Source of the DNA: Myxococcaceae bacterium
Lineage (GTDB): Bacteria > Myxococcota > Myxococcia > Myxococcales > Myxococcaceae
Assembly (NCBI GenBank): GCA_036781205.1
Contig: DAIQBK010000003.1
Coordinates: forward strand, 66,738-130,737
Length of the DNA stretch: 64,000 nucleotides
Direction of reading: 5' to 3'
The notes under the pieces were generated by a model. That model saw nothing but the letters and a program-made list of their open reading frames with translations, did no database searches and was not told the DNA's origin. The first letter of the stretch is position 1; the number at the start of each line of letters is the position of its first letter. Of the stretch, positions 32,293-42,364 are shown piece by piece. The position numbers and the translations under genes were made by a program.

Positions 32293-35200
32293 GCGCCTGC
32301 ATCCCCTTCAAGAGCCGTTCGCCCATGATGTTCGGAGTCGTGGCCGCCAACTGGAGCGCCCGCTGATAAAACGCCTCGGCGACGCGCGGGTGGCCACTTC
32401 TCGCCGCGCTCAGGGCGCCGAGCTCCGCGACTTCGATGGGCTCCTGTTCAACCGAGAATCGCTCTGACTTGGCGAAGGTCTCCGCCCAGGCATCGGCGGA
32501 GAAGGGCTGTTGAGCCAACTTCACCGCAGCAAACAGCACTTGATCGGATGGGGGAAATTCGGCCCTCGTTTGCCCCGCCGCCTTTTCCTTGGCTTGCTTC
32601 GCTTCAATCTGGAGAACGTGCGCCTGCGCTTCGTCGAGCCGGCCTTCCCAGGTCAAGCAACGGGCGAGCAGCAGCCGTCCAATCGGTCTACCCATCACAT
32701 CCGGATGCAGGTCCTCGATCTGGATTGCGCGCTCGAGGTGCGGGAGCGGCGCTCTTAGGTCTCCGGAAAAATAGAGCATCTCGCCGAGGTTGTATTGAGC
32801 CAGATACTCCAAAAACATCTGCCCCAGTTCGCGGCCAATCTGAATGTTGCGCAGGCTCTTGTCGACGAAGCCCCTCAAGTCCGCGCGCGCCATGTGATAG
32901 CTGCGCGCGTTGTTGTAGGCGATTGCCAGATGCAATCGATCGAGCCGCTCCTCGCAGAGCGCTTCCACCCTTTGCAACGCCTGGCCTGCGCGTTCGACGT
33001 CGCCTTCGAACGGCCGGATATAACCGAGGAGCAGCAACGAAATGACTCGCGTTTCGTACCCTTCGTCGCCGAGCTCTTGAGAGAGCGCGGCGGCCCGTTC
33101 AATCAGCTCGCACGCTTCGGAATTCTTGCTGAAACGCCAGAGGCTGCGTCCCTCGCCCAGCAGAAGGCGCGATTCGATGAGCTTGGATCGCACTTCGCCC
33201 GCCAGCTGCTTTGCCGCCTGAACCCGCTCCCAGGACTTGGTTACCTCGCTCATCCAATCCAGCGCCGTCGCCTCATCCAGCAGCAGGTGGATTTCTGTCT
33301 CCGCGTCTTCGAGGCGGTGGGCCAGGTTCCGAGCCTGAGTCAGATCATCGATCGCATCGCCACAGCGGCCGATCCGATAGCGCATCAGGCCTCGTACCCG
33401 TAGGGCCGTCAACCGAGCCGCGTCCTCCGAGTCACCCGTCTGCTCGAGCGCCTGGGTGCATCGAATTTCCGCGTCCAGATACGCGTGCCGGTTCTGAGCG
33501 CGTTCCGCCAACCGCAAGTACAGAGTTCTCGACTCGTCTCGGAGGTTTGCCTTAGCGCAATGGTAGGCCAGCTTGGAGAGCTGTTCCTCACTCGGAGAGG
33601 GAATCGAGCGATAGTGCCGCGAAGTGGCCAGGTGAATGCGGCTCCGGATCGACTCGGGAATGGTTCGCAGCAAGCTGTCGCGGGTCAGCGAATTGCGAAA
33701 CCCGAGCTGCCCCTGCCGGTGGCGGACCAGGAGATTTTTCTCCAGCAGCTGCTGCGTTCCAAATCCGGCATCGAGCGGGAATTCCGCTCCCGCCCCACTC
33801 TCCTCCAGAGCCTTCAGCACCCCCTGAATCTCGGGCAAGGCGAATTCGGCCCCGAGCGATGCGACCAGCTTCGCGTGAGCGACCAGCTCGGGGGAAAGCG
33901 AGCTGAGCTCCCGCTCGGTCAACCATTCCAAGAGCGGCAAATCAGGAAGTCGGTCCAGCTCGTCGGTGGCCAAAAACCACGCTCCGGTGTCGGCATTCTG
34001 CCGAACGATGCCATCGCGCTTGAGGCCCCGAACCAGCTCATCGAGCAGCAATGGGATGGCCTCCGCGCGCCCCACCAGGCGCTTGAGGGCGGCTTCCGGA
34101 ACGTAGTCGACCGGGTGAAGGAGTCTCCGACAGAGATCGATCGCGTGCTCCGCCTTCAAAGGCTGCAACTGGATCGCCAGCCTTTGACCGGCACGCTCGC
34201 TCCAACCCACCCGCGTTGCTTCGAAGCCGGTACGCGCAAACGCGCAGACCCACAGCGGGGCCCGGTGCTCGGAGAGCGTCGCGTACTCCAGCGCGTCCAA
34301 GCTCGCGGCATCCGCGAAGTGCGCATTGTCGAGCAACAGCGCGGTGGGACACTTCATCGCTCGATGGCGCAATCCCTCGCCGGCAGCTCGAATCGCGCTG
34401 GAACGCAACGCGCCCGGGGCGGCCCGGTAGATCGCCAGCTCGCGAGCGTCGGCTTCCAACCACCCCATCGCGAGCCCGACCGCTGGCCACAGCTCTTCCG
34501 CCGCTTCCGCGCCCAGCGCACTCACCAGGTTCAAACGAGCCTGAGGCAGATCGACCTGCTTGGACAAATCAAATCCGTAGACGGCCGCCAGCAGTGTGCG
34601 GAAGAAGCGATCGGCGTTTCCGCCCAGCGGCTCGGGCGCTCGAAGGTGAAGAATCTCCGCTCCTTTCGCGTCCGACCTGAGGCGGTTGACCAGCTCGATG
34701 CAGAGCCGCGACTTTCCGTATCCCGCTGGGCTGAGCACGGTCACCAGCCCTGGCAGGTGCGGGTCGACCGTTTTGCGATAGCTGTCCATCAGGACGCTCA
34801 TCTCGTCGGCCCGCCCCAAAAAGCGAGACTCCACCATCTGCACCAGGGTGGGCTCCGCAGGGGCATCTGCAATCTGCTTCTGGACGCAGACCAGACCCCC
34901 GCGATCCGGAACGGGCGAGGTGGTCACGTCGCGAATCATCTCCGCCGCGCTGCCGGTCAAGAACAGGGCGGATGCGCCAGGCGATTGGGGAAAACGATCC
35001 GCCTGGCTGAACAGGTTGCTGATGAAGCGCCGGGTACCGTCTACCCTAGGCAAAACGGAAACCGCGGCCAAGTCGACCAGCGCGCGTGCGCAGATTCCCT
35101 TTTCCAAAAGCTCTTCGGCAGCGGAAAGCGCGAGTCGAGCCGGATTTTCGCTCACTTGCCGATCGAAGACCGCTACGCAGTGGCTCGCGGAGAGGCTTGC

Positions 35201-36265
35201 GAGTTGAGCGCCAAACGCCTCAAGCATCGCGCTGGTGATTGACACGCCGGGTTTGGGCTCCAGCCAAAGCAGCCCCACCGTTTCCTTCCGAACGCCGGTG
35301 CCGGTCTGAGCGCCGCCGCGATTCGTTACCTCGGCTTGAGCGACTGGAGCGCCCTTCTCGAACGCCTCGATCGCGCGCTGTAGCGCGACCCGGAGCGCGG
35401 ACAGATCCGCGTAGCGCTCCTCGGGCTTCTTCGCCAGGCACTGCAGCACCACCTGCTCCAGCTCGGCCGAGATGGGAGCGAAGTCGCTCAATCGCGAAGG
35501 CCGCCGACTGATCTGGCCCTGCTTGATTTGCGCCGGATCTCCACAGAAGGGAATCCGCCCGGTCAACATCTCGAAGAAAATGATCCCCAGCGAATAAATG
35601 TCCGAAGCGGTGCCCGGGGTACGGCCACCCTCGCACTGCTCGGGGGACATGTACTCGGGGGTTCCCCGGATGTCGTAGCTCACGGTGGCGCCTTTGCGGC
35701 GCTCGGAAATGTTCAGCGCTAGGCCGAAATCGATCAGCCTCGCGGCGGGCGGCGGGTCGAAGATGAAAATGTTCTCGGGCTTGAGATCCAGGTGACAGAA
35801 CCCTGGCTGGTGCACGGCACTGACGGCTTGCAAGATCGGATCGGCCCATTTCGCAAATTCGGCGAGCGGCATCGGGCCTTCCAGGACATCGAGGCGGCTG
35901 CCGAGGGTAGGCGCATCCAGGTACTCGGAGACGAAAAAGGTGGTGCCGTCCGACAGACGCCGAAGCTCGAACATCTGCGGAACGGCGGGGGGGCCGATTG
36001 CCTTCATCGCCTCGAATTCATCGAGCAGCTTGCGCTCCGTCAGCGGATCAGGCTTCGCGGATTTGATCGCGACTTGTCTGCCGGAAGCCAGCTCGGTGGC
36101 GAGAAGCACCGTCCCAAATCCACCCGCGCCCAGCACGCGTTGCGCTGCATATCCGGGGTAGGCCCCGGACGGTAAGTCCTGCTTGGGCACCGTAGCCGGA
36201 GTCGGCGCCGGGCACGTGCCATGTGACCGGGTAGTTCTCCGACCACAAAGCAGACAGCGCGTCAT
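32210..36265 (-). CDS. Ser/Thr protein kinase fused to a P-loop (AAA_16/STAND-like) NTPase and TPR repeats
   Basis: 1351 aa. Kinase motifs are GAGGFGTV, VAIK, HLDLKPEN, DFG and TPEYMSPE. Walker A is SPAGYGKS (~aa 512) and Walker B-like is ALLLDNAH. The C-terminal ~450 aa carry TPR-like repeats. Confidence 0.85.
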   Translation of the reverse strand: MTRCLLCGRRTTRSHGTCPAPTPATVPKQDLPSGAYPGYAAQRVLGAGGFGTVLLATELASGRQVAIKSAKPDPLTERKLLDEFEAMKAIGPPAVPQMFELRRLSDGTTFFVSEYLDAPTLGSRLDVLEGPMPLAEFAKWADPILQAVSAVHQPGFCHLDLKPENIFIFDPPPAARLIDFGLALNISERRKGATVSYDIRGTPEYMSPEQCEGGRTPGTASDIYSLGIIFFEMLTGRIPFCGDPAQIKQGQISRRPSRLSDFAPISAELEQVVLQCLAKKPEERYADLSALRVALQRAIEAFEKGAPVAQAEVTNRGGAQTGTGVRKETVGLLWLEPKPGVSITSAMLEAFGAQLASLSASHCVAVFDRQVSENPARLALSAAEELLEKGICARALVDLAAVSVLPRVDGTRRFISNLFSQADRFPQSPGASALFLTGSAAEMIRDVTTSPVPDRGGLVCVQKQIADAPAEPTLVQMVESRFLGRADEMSVLMDSYRKTVDPHLPGLVTVLSPAGYGKSRLCIELVNRLRSDAKGAEILHLRAPEPLGGNADRFFRTLLAAVYGFDLSKQVDLPQARLNLVSALGAEAAEELWPAVGLAMGWLEADARELAIYRAAPGALRSSAIRAAGEGLRHRAMKCPTALLLDNAHFADAASLDALEYATLSEHRAPLWVCAFARTGFEATRVGWSERAGQRLAIQLQPLKAEHAIDLCRRLLHPVDYVPEAALKRLVGRAEAIPLLLDELVRGLKRDGIVRQNADTGAWFLATDELDRLPDLPLLEWLTERELSSLSPELVAHAKLVASLGAEFALPEIQGVLKALEESGAGAEFPLDAGFGTQQLLEKNLLVRHRQGQLGFRNSLTRDSLLRTIPESIRSRIHLATSRHYRSIPSPSEEQLSKLAYHCAKANLRDESRTLYLRLAERAQNRHAYLDAEIRCTQALEQTGDSEDAARLTALRVRGLMRYRIGRCGDAIDDLTQARNLAHRLEDAETEIHLLLDEATALDWMSEVTKSWERVQAAKQLAGEVRSKLIESRLLLGEGRSLWRFSKNSEACELIERAAALSQELGDEGYETRVISLLLLGYIRPFEGDVERAGQALQRVEALCEERLDRLHLAIAYNNARSYHMARADLRGFVDKSLRNIQIGRELGQMFLEYLAQYNLGEMLYFSGDLRAPLPHLERAIQIEDLHPDVMGRPIGRLLLARCLTWEGRLDEAQAHVLQIEAKQAKEKAAGQTRAEFPPSDQVLFAAVKLAQQPFSADAWAETFAKSERFSVEQEPIEVAELGALSAARSGHPRVAEAFYQRALQLAATTPNIMGERLLKGMQALSALGLADSSPSTGELRPRQPNQGSPE

Positions 36266-36346
36266 CCGCTTCAGGATAGCGCGTTTCCAGCTCCCTCTTC
36301 GTGCGGCGCTAGGCGGTTGTGTGGGACACGCACCGAGACGCGGAAA

Positions 36347-37693
36347 TCAGATCAGCTTTCGCTCCTGCCACTTCGCCCAGATCCGCTTGCACTTGCCTTC
36401 GGCCTCTTTGATCGCGTCCTCTGGGCTCAGAGCGCCAGTGCTCGCCTGGGCAAACATCGTGTTCAATACCCAGGTGGTAAAGGTCTCGTCGATCGCGGCG
36501 GTGGCATAGCCCGGAAAACCCACGTTCGTCGCCCAGTCGAGAGAGTCCGCCAAGACGCTGTACTTGCCGGCCGGTTTGCCCTTGGTGTCGTTCTCCAGCA
36601 GCTTCACCAGATCGGGAACCTGGTTCCAGAAGCAGGGGAAGTTGTAGAACTCGCTCGCAATGAAGGCTTGCCTGAAATTGCCGATGTAGTCGACCAGGAA
36701 CTTCTTGGCTCCGTCGATGTTGTCGGCGAACTTCCAGATGATGTAGCAGTCCATCACGTGCTCGAGGCCCATCCGGCGCACCGGGCCTTTGGCTGCCTTC
36801 GCCAGCCCAATCTTGTCGCCGATCGGCATCCCCTTGGTCTCCGCTTCCCGGGTAATCGAGATCGCGTTGAGCACGAGGGAAGTTTTGCCGGCCAGCATCG
36901 CGCGATTGTTGGAGGACGGATCCCAGGCGAGGACTTCCGGAGTCATCGTTTCCGTGTACAGCGCCTTGACGAACTTGACCGCTTCGAGCGTGTTCTTGGA
37001 GTTGAGCACCAACTTGTTGTTCTCGTCCTGGACCGAGCCGCCGAACGCAAAAAGGATCGCTCGCATCGCCATCGCGGTGTCGAGCTCGTTCGATTGGCCA
37101 ATCCCCACCGGGTTGCCGGTCTTGTCTTTGATCTTCTTGCCACCCGCTCGAATCTCGTCCCAGCTATCGGGCTTCATTCCGATCTCGCCCCACAGATCGA
37201 TCCGGTAGTTGATCGGGTCGGGCACGAAGCTGTCCGAGAATGCGAAGTACTTCTTGGTCTTCGGATTGAAGGTGCTCTTGACCGCCAGCTGAATCGGCTT
37301 GCCGTACTTCTTCTCGCACTCCTGATAGACGTCGGTCATGTCCACGACCGAGTTCTCGTAGGCCGCCGGAGGCGACATCGAGAGGAATAGATCATGCCCC
37401 TTGCCTGCCGCCGACTCGGCAGCCATGCGCGCCGGCAGCGCGGTCACCCCGATGTTGTCGACGGTGACTTCGGTGTCGTTCTTGGCTCCCCACTCCTTGA
37501 TATAGGTCTCGTTGAACCATTTGTCGTAGGCGGGAACAAAATGGTTCCACTGTAGAATCTTGAGCGTTTTCTTGGCCGCGCGTTTTCCCGACTCTTGCGC
37601 GGCCCGCGCCGGACCGGAAAGCAGCAAGCCGGCAGCGCCCACTCCGGCTGTCTTGATGAATCCTCGCCTTGAAATTCGTTTTGCTTTGCTCAC
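36347..37693 (-). CDS. ABC transporter extracellular solute-binding protein (family 1, sugar-type) with Tat signal
   Basis: The GTG at 37693 has AAGGAGG 7 nt upstream. It has a twin-arginine signal (SRRGFIKTAGVGAAGLL) and SBP-type sequence. No permease or ATPase genes are adjacent. Confidence 0.75.
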   Translation of the reverse strand: MSKAKRISRRGFIKTAGVGAAGLLLSGPARAAQESGKRAAKKTLKILQWNHFVPAYDKWFNETYIKEWGAKNDTEVTVDNIGVTALPARMAAESAAGKGHDLFLSMSPPAAYENSVVDMTDVYQECEKKYGKPIQLAVKSTFNPKTKKYFAFSDSFVPDPINYRIDLWGEIGMKPDSWDEIRAGGKKIKDKTGNPVGIGQSNELDTAMAMRAILFAFGGSVQDENNKLVLNSKNTLEAVKFVKALYTETMTPEVLAWDPSSNNRAMLAGKTSLVLNAISITREAETKGMPIGDKIGLAKAAKGPVRRMGLEHVMDCYIIWKFADNIDGAKKFLVDYIGNFRQAFIASEFYNFPCFWNQVPDLVKLLENDTKGKPAGKYSVLADSLDWATNVGFPGYATAAIDETFTTWVLNTMFAQASTGALSPEDAIKEAEGKCKRIWAKWQERKLI

Positions 37694-37956
37694 GGTTTGT
37701 TCCTCCTTAAGCGGCGTCAATTTACGAACGGTGGGAGCATTTTGCTCAGGGCCCCGAGGAAACCAGACTGTGGCGCGAGTACCACCGCCCAAGGCGGGGT
37801 GCAAGCAAAAGCCGGAACGAACGTCAACCGAGGTGAGACACCCGCTTCAAGCCCTGTCCAATGGTGCGTATTAGCTACGTCTGGTTAGACACAGTTTCCT
37901 CCGATCCTCGGGAAGACAGTCTTCATTGAACCGGCGGCGCCTTGTATGGTGCCCGA

Positions 37957-40437
37957 ATGGACAGGGGGCTCCTTCGCTTCGCATTCCAGTTGTCGCTTGT
38001 GTCCATCCTGACGATTGTTGAGTTTGCCTCGGCGCGAGCGGAGTGCTCCGGACCGCACGGAGACCGCGAAAAACTGCTGCTCGGCGGAACCTGGAGATTC
38101 ATCGGCAGCAACACGCTCATTGGCGCGGAGGCGATCGACTACGACGATAGCGCTTGGGATTCAGTCCAGGTTCCTCACACCTGGGACAACGTCTATGGCG
38201 TCACGCGTTACACGAATTCTTGGTACCGCACCCACTTCACCATTCCCGAAACAGCCTCGGACAAGCGCATCTACCTCTATTTCGAAGGAGTCTTTCAGGT
38301 CGCGGACGTGTACGTGAATGCTCAGTACCTGGGGCAGCATCGCGGTGGCTACACCCGGTTCAGCTTGGAAGCGACGAGCGCCATCAATTTCGGAGGAGAC
38401 AACGTCCTCGCCGTGAAGGTGAGCAACGCGAATTGTTCGGATTGCTTACCCGACGGCACCCCGCGGCTGTTCAAGGGTTACGGAGGCATCTATCGCAAGG
38501 CCTGGTACCTCATCACCAACCGGTATCACGTCGCCACCACCGATTACGCGTCGAGCGGCATCTACATCACTCCGTCGAACATCGGCGCCGACTCGGCGGA
38601 TCTTGCGATTGCTACGCTGGTGACCAACGACGACGCAATCGATCGGGTGCTCACCGTGGAGAATACGGTGACCGATGCCGACGAGAACCCGGCCCTCGAG
38701 CTGCAGCAGGATGTTTTCGTGCCAGCGGGCTCGACCGTCGGTGTGACCCAGAACGGGACCGTGGTTACTCCGCAGCTGTGGAGCCCGTCGAATCCGTATC
38801 TGTACAACGTTCACACCCATATTTGGGTGGACGGGGCGGTCACCGATGCGGTCGATGAGCACACCGGCCTTCGCTACTACCAACTCACCCTTTCGGATTT
38901 CACCTTCAACGGCTCGTCGCTCAAATTGCGCGGCATCTGCAAGCATCAAGAAACCGAGTACAGCGCCAACGCGATTTCCGATGCCGAGCTGATCGCGGAC
39001 TGGGACAACATCCAGGATCTGGGGGTCAACTTCGTCCGCCTCGCCCACTATCCGCACTCCGAGCTCGAGTACAATCTCGCGGACCAGCGAGGGCTTCTGG
39101 TCTGGGCGGAAAATGGGCAAACCAACTCAGGACCGCCGACCGCAAACGGCGACAACATCAATCGGGAAATGGTGTATCAGAACTACAACCACCCCTCGAT
39201 CATCTTCTGGAGCGCAGGCAACGAATCGCCGGGTGTGCCCGCGGTCTCACAATACGCGCTGGTACTCCACAACACCGATCCGTCGAGGCCGGTGGTGTAC
39301 GCCTCCAATGGGGAGTTCCCGTCGAACGTGGACTTCCTCTTCTGGAACACTTATCCGGGTTGGTACCAAGGCTCGATGTACGACTGGAATGGTTTCAATC
39401 TCCATTGGATCTCGGAGTCCGGGGCGGGAATGGTGATTCCCACCCAGAACGGCGACTACTTCAACACCACCTACCACGTCGATTCGTATGAGCCCGAGCA
39501 ATATGGAGCGCTCGTCAACGAAGTGAAGTTCCAGGATCTCTTCGTCACCAACCCAAGCCACGTCCCCGCCTTCTCCACCTGGGTGTTTCGAGAGTTCTCC
39601 GACAACAAATACAAAGGAGTGATCAACACCAAGGGGTTCCTCACCTTCTCAAACTACAAGAAGGACATCTTTTACCTCTACCGGTCATTCTTGAGGCCGG
39701 GCGTCCCGCTGGTTCGAGTCATCGGCCCGCATTACTTCCTGCGGGTTGCGAACCCGGCGGGCCAGGGCGACATCAAGGTCTATTCCAACGCAGCGGGTCT
39801 GACTTTGACGGTGAACGGAGTCGACCAGGGCACGCGGGCAAACGGCAGCTACCATCATCCAAATGGACTGGTGATCAACAACGTCTTTTACTGGAACGAT
39901 GTCCTGCAGCTTGGTCGCAACGACGTAGTCGCGAGCGACGACGCGGGGAATTCTGACAGCGTCGCCGTCTACTACAAGGCCGATGGTGAGGTGATGCCGA
40001 ACGAGGATGGCGCGAAGGCGATCAACGTCGCGTCGAGCAACGTGCCTGCGTTCTTCATCAATGTTCCGCTCGCCGATCAGCGCCCGTTCTACTGGGACTT
40101 CGATTCGAGCGGCGACAACAGCTTCGATGCAGTGCCGGCGGAGCTGAGGGGGCCAGCCGGTTGGATCGCCACCAGACGTCAAAGCGATCCGGCCAAGACC
40201 TCCAACCTCTCGTTCGACCTGACCGCCGATGCGGACGTGTACATCATGTTCACGCGCCAGCCATCGGTGCCGACCTGGATCACCGACGCCGGATTTACTG
40301 ACACGGGCGTCACGGGCAGATGGAGGGACAATTCTCTTAGGCTTGTCGACTACCAGCTGTTTAAAAGGAGCTTCACCAGCGGCACCCACGTTGCATTGGG
40401 AAGTTCGTCGATCGACTTCGTGATCATCGTGAAGTAG
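37957..40437 (+). CDS. glycoside hydrolase family 2 protein
   Basis: Signal peptide, GH2 sugar-binding domain (SWYRTHFTIPE), TIM-barrel region (GVNFVRLAHYPHS...) and acid/base motif NHPSIIFWSAGNE. ATG at 37957; the track start at 37942 is TTG. Confidence 0.8.
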   Translation: MDRGLLRFAFQLSLVSILTIVEFASARAECSGPHGDREKLLLGGTWRFIGSNTLIGAEAIDYDDSAWDSVQVPHTWDNVYGVTRYTNSWYRTHFTIPETASDKRIYLYFEGVFQVADVYVNAQYLGQHRGGYTRFSLEATSAINFGGDNVLAVKVSNANCSDCLPDGTPRLFKGYGGIYRKAWYLITNRYHVATTDYASSGIYITPSNIGADSADLAIATLVTNDDAIDRVLTVENTVTDADENPALELQQDVFVPAGSTVGVTQNGTVVTPQLWSPSNPYLYNVHTHIWVDGAVTDAVDEHTGLRYYQLTLSDFTFNGSSLKLRGICKHQETEYSANAISDAELIADWDNIQDLGVNFVRLAHYPHSELEYNLADQRGLLVWAENGQTNSGPPTANGDNINREMVYQNYNHPSIIFWSAGNESPGVPAVSQYALVLHNTDPSRPVVYASNGEFPSNVDFLFWNTYPGWYQGSMYDWNGFNLHWISESGAGMVIPTQNGDYFNTTYHVDSYEPEQYGALVNEVKFQDLFVTNPSHVPAFSTWVFREFSDNKYKGVINTKGFLTFSNYKKDIFYLYRSFLRPGVPLVRVIGPHYFLRVANPAGQGDIKVYSNAAGLTLTVNGVDQGTRANGSYHHPNGLVINNVFYWNDVLQLGRNDVVASDDAGNSDSVAVYYKADGEVMPNEDGAKAINVASSNVPAFFINVPLADQRPFYWDFDSSGDNSFDAVPAELRGPAGWIATRRQSDPAKTSNLSFDLTADADVYIMFTRQPSVPTWITDAGFTDTGVTGRWRDNSLRLVDYQLFKRSFTSGTHVALGSSSIDFVIIVK

Positions 40438-40470
40438 CGCGAAAATCTTGGTGGATGCAGTCGCCCAATT

Positions 40471-40510
40471 TTCTGAACAAACTGTACGAACAGTTTGGTC
40501 AGAATTTCTG
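40471..40510 (+). terminator. hairpin after the GH2 gene (possible intrinsic terminator)
   Basis: 14-bp arms ttctgaacaaactg / cagtttggtcagaa (one mismatch) with a 6-nt loop, followed by tttctg. Confidence 0.4.
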
Positions 40511-40675
40511 TCCAGCAATCGTAAATTCTTTCAGTGCTGGTCGAAGCCTTGGCGCGGCGCATCGTAACCGCTACCGCGGCCCGATTGCCGCAGTCTTCCC
40601 CCGGTAAATAAACGCGCGGGCCGTTCGTCCAAACGTGAGCCCGGAATGAACCGGGCTTTTGCTGGAGGAACGCCG

Positions 40676-41554
40676 ATGGAAGCAGAAACCGTTAATCCCG
40701 CAACTTCGATCGAAGGACCCAAGACCCTAGAGGAAGCTCTCGATAAAATCCGTGACCTTTACAGGCAAGAGCAGGCCGCCAAGTGGGGACAAGGTGAGCA
40801 GGTCAATCTTGTCGAGGACACTCACCTGGCCTTGCGCAAAGGATACAGGCAGGCTCGAGAATGTCTGAAGCAGGAGCTTCCCGATCTCCAAACTTCAACT
40901 CTCTACAGCTATGCGTTTGTAGCTAAACATTTTGACCAGGAGCACACGAAGAAGTGGGGAGTCTCGAAGCTCCAGAAACTCATCGCGCTCCATAACAAAG
41001 GTGGCGACGTAGGGTTGCTGGGTGACCCAGCCGACCTCGAGGTCCACGTACCTCGGGAAAATGGCTCGCTGGTCGCGAAGAAGTTTAGCGACTGTACGAT
41101 GGGCGATTTGCGGAGCGCAGCCAAGCACCGAAAGCAGGCGCGCAAAGCGGCGGGTCGGGTTGTCCGCGACGTTCCGAGCGAAGGCCCCCCTGTCTCGAAG
41201 CTGCCCTCGCCGGCGCTTTGGCGGCCCTTGGCGATGATCGGCCTCGGAGTCCTGGCGGGCTTCATCGCCGATCTGCTCCAGCCCTCGGTGCCGGGCTTGG
41301 TGATCTCGGTGCTGGCGCTGCTTCTGACAGTGGGTGGGATCGCCGAACTGATCCGCTACTTCGTTTCCATTCGGGATCGCATCATCGCTGCATTCAAGGG
41401 CGGCGCTGGGCTCAGCGCCCTCAAAGAGCAAGGCATCGACGTGCTGCGAAATGGACGAAAGCTCCTCGCCGCCTTCAGGTCGGTGGAGCCCAAACCCACA
41501 CCGACGTCGACCCGCGAGGAAAATCCGCCACCCCCGGAGAAGAAAGCAGCGTAG
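40676..41554 (+). CDS. hypothetical protein: soluble N-terminal domain, two TM helices, Pro-rich C-terminal tail
   Basis: The ATG at 40676 has GGAGGA 6 nt upstream; the track start at 40646 is less likely. Hydrophobic stretches are LAMIGLGVLAGFIADLL and LVISVLALLLTVGGIAELI. No family recognised. Confidence 0.55.
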   Translation: MEAETVNPATSIEGPKTLEEALDKIRDLYRQEQAAKWGQGEQVNLVEDTHLALRKGYRQARECLKQELPDLQTSTLYSYAFVAKHFDQEHTKKWGVSKLQKLIALHNKGGDVGLLGDPADLEVHVPRENGSLVAKKFSDCTMGDLRSAAKHRKQARKAAGRVVRDVPSEGPPVSKLPSPALWRPLAMIGLGVLAGFIADLLQPSVPGLVISVLALLLTVGGIAELIRYFVSIRDRIIAAFKGGAGLSALKEQGIDVLRNGRKLLAAFRSVEPKPTPTSTREENPPPPEKKAA

Positions 41555-41576
41555 GAACCTAGGCGGTTCAACCTGG

Positions 41577-41611
41577 AGCGCCCGGTCTCGCGGCCGGGCG
41601 CTTCTTTTTTG
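41577..41611 (+). terminator. Rho-independent terminator between convergent genes
   Basis: Stem agcgcccgg / ccgggcgct (41577-41585 / 41594-41602) followed by tcttttttg. A U-tract is present only for the plus-strand transcript. Confidence 0.65.
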
Positions 41612-41612
41612 T

Positions 41613-41936
41613 CTACTCTTCCGCCCGTCGCGGTGCTTCCGTCAGCCGATGACTGTCCGCAGCGCTCAACTGAAGGCCGTAGACGTCCTTGAGAGCGTTG
41701 ATCTTGGCCAGCGTCTCTGGGCCGAAGGGCGGCTTGCCCTCAAACGCATGGAGGACGATTCCCTCGAGCAGATCGCCGAACGACAGATCCAACGAGCCCG
41801 CCAGCGCTTTGAGCACCAACATCATCCGCTTCTCCATCCGAACACCAGTCTGAATACGCACCACCGGCACTCCTGCCGTTTGGCGCGAGGCAGTGCGCGG
41901 CGTGCGACCGCCCTTGCTCTTGGCCTCGCGCTTCAT
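41613..41936 (-). CDS. hypothetical 107-aa protein, possible ribbon-helix-helix DNA-binding fold
   Basis: The ATG overlaps the upstream stop (ATGA at 41933-41936). A basic N-terminal tail is followed by a strand-helix-helix pattern (VVRIQTGVRMEKRMMLVLKALAGSLDLSFGDLLEGIVLHAF). Only the 3' third of track ORF 41613..42335 is used. Confidence 0.5.
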   Translation of the reverse strand: MKREAKSKGGRTPRTASRQTAGVPVVRIQTGVRMEKRMMLVLKALAGSLDLSFGDLLEGIVLHAFEGKPPFGPETLAKINALKDVYGLQLSAADSHRLTEAPRRAEE

Positions 41937-42364
41937 CGCGACGCTTGAGCCGCGCTCGCGAGCTGCTCGCTTCCAGGCAGAAGAAACAATCGTCGAGCGA
42001 GGGGAGATCGAGTGAGCGTCTCCACGTCGTAATAGCGCCCAAGAATTCCGCGGTGGTTGAGAAGCTCGGGATAGGCAGTGAGGAACCGCCGCGAGTCTTC
42101 GAACTCCTCGCGATGCATCCGCTCGTGGATCAGCACCAGGTAAGCCCAGGTCATGGTTTCGTTGTACTTCTGATCCGCTCCATGAGCGTGGGCGAATCGC
42201 TTCAGCGCGCGGCGGAACCGGAGCGCCCCTTCTGCCAGATCCGCGCTTGTCGAAAGCGCCACGAAGGCGGCTCGGACATGCTCTCGATGCTTGAAGGCCT
42301 CGTTCGAGAGGTTGACGGACTCCAGGCGTTCCCACAACTCCAAATCCGTGAGCTCAGAGATCAT
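41933..42364 (-). CDS. hypothetical 143-aa all-helical protein
   Basis: The ATG overlaps the upstream stop (ATGA at 42361-42364). No family recognised. Confidence 0.55.
   Translation of the reverse strand: MISELTDLELWERLESVNLSNEAFKHREHVRAAFVALSTSADLAEGALRFRRALKRFAHAHGADQKYNETMTWAYLVLIHERMHREEFEDSRRFLTAYPELLNHRGILGRYYDVETLTRSPLARRLFLLPGSEQLASAAQASR

Noticed and set aside
41577-41611. Calling the hairpin between the convergent genes a bidirectional terminator.
   Set aside because: A U-tract follows the stem only on the plus strand. On the minus strand the stem is preceded by an A-run and followed by ccaggttg. It is therefore annotated as a plus-strand terminator only.
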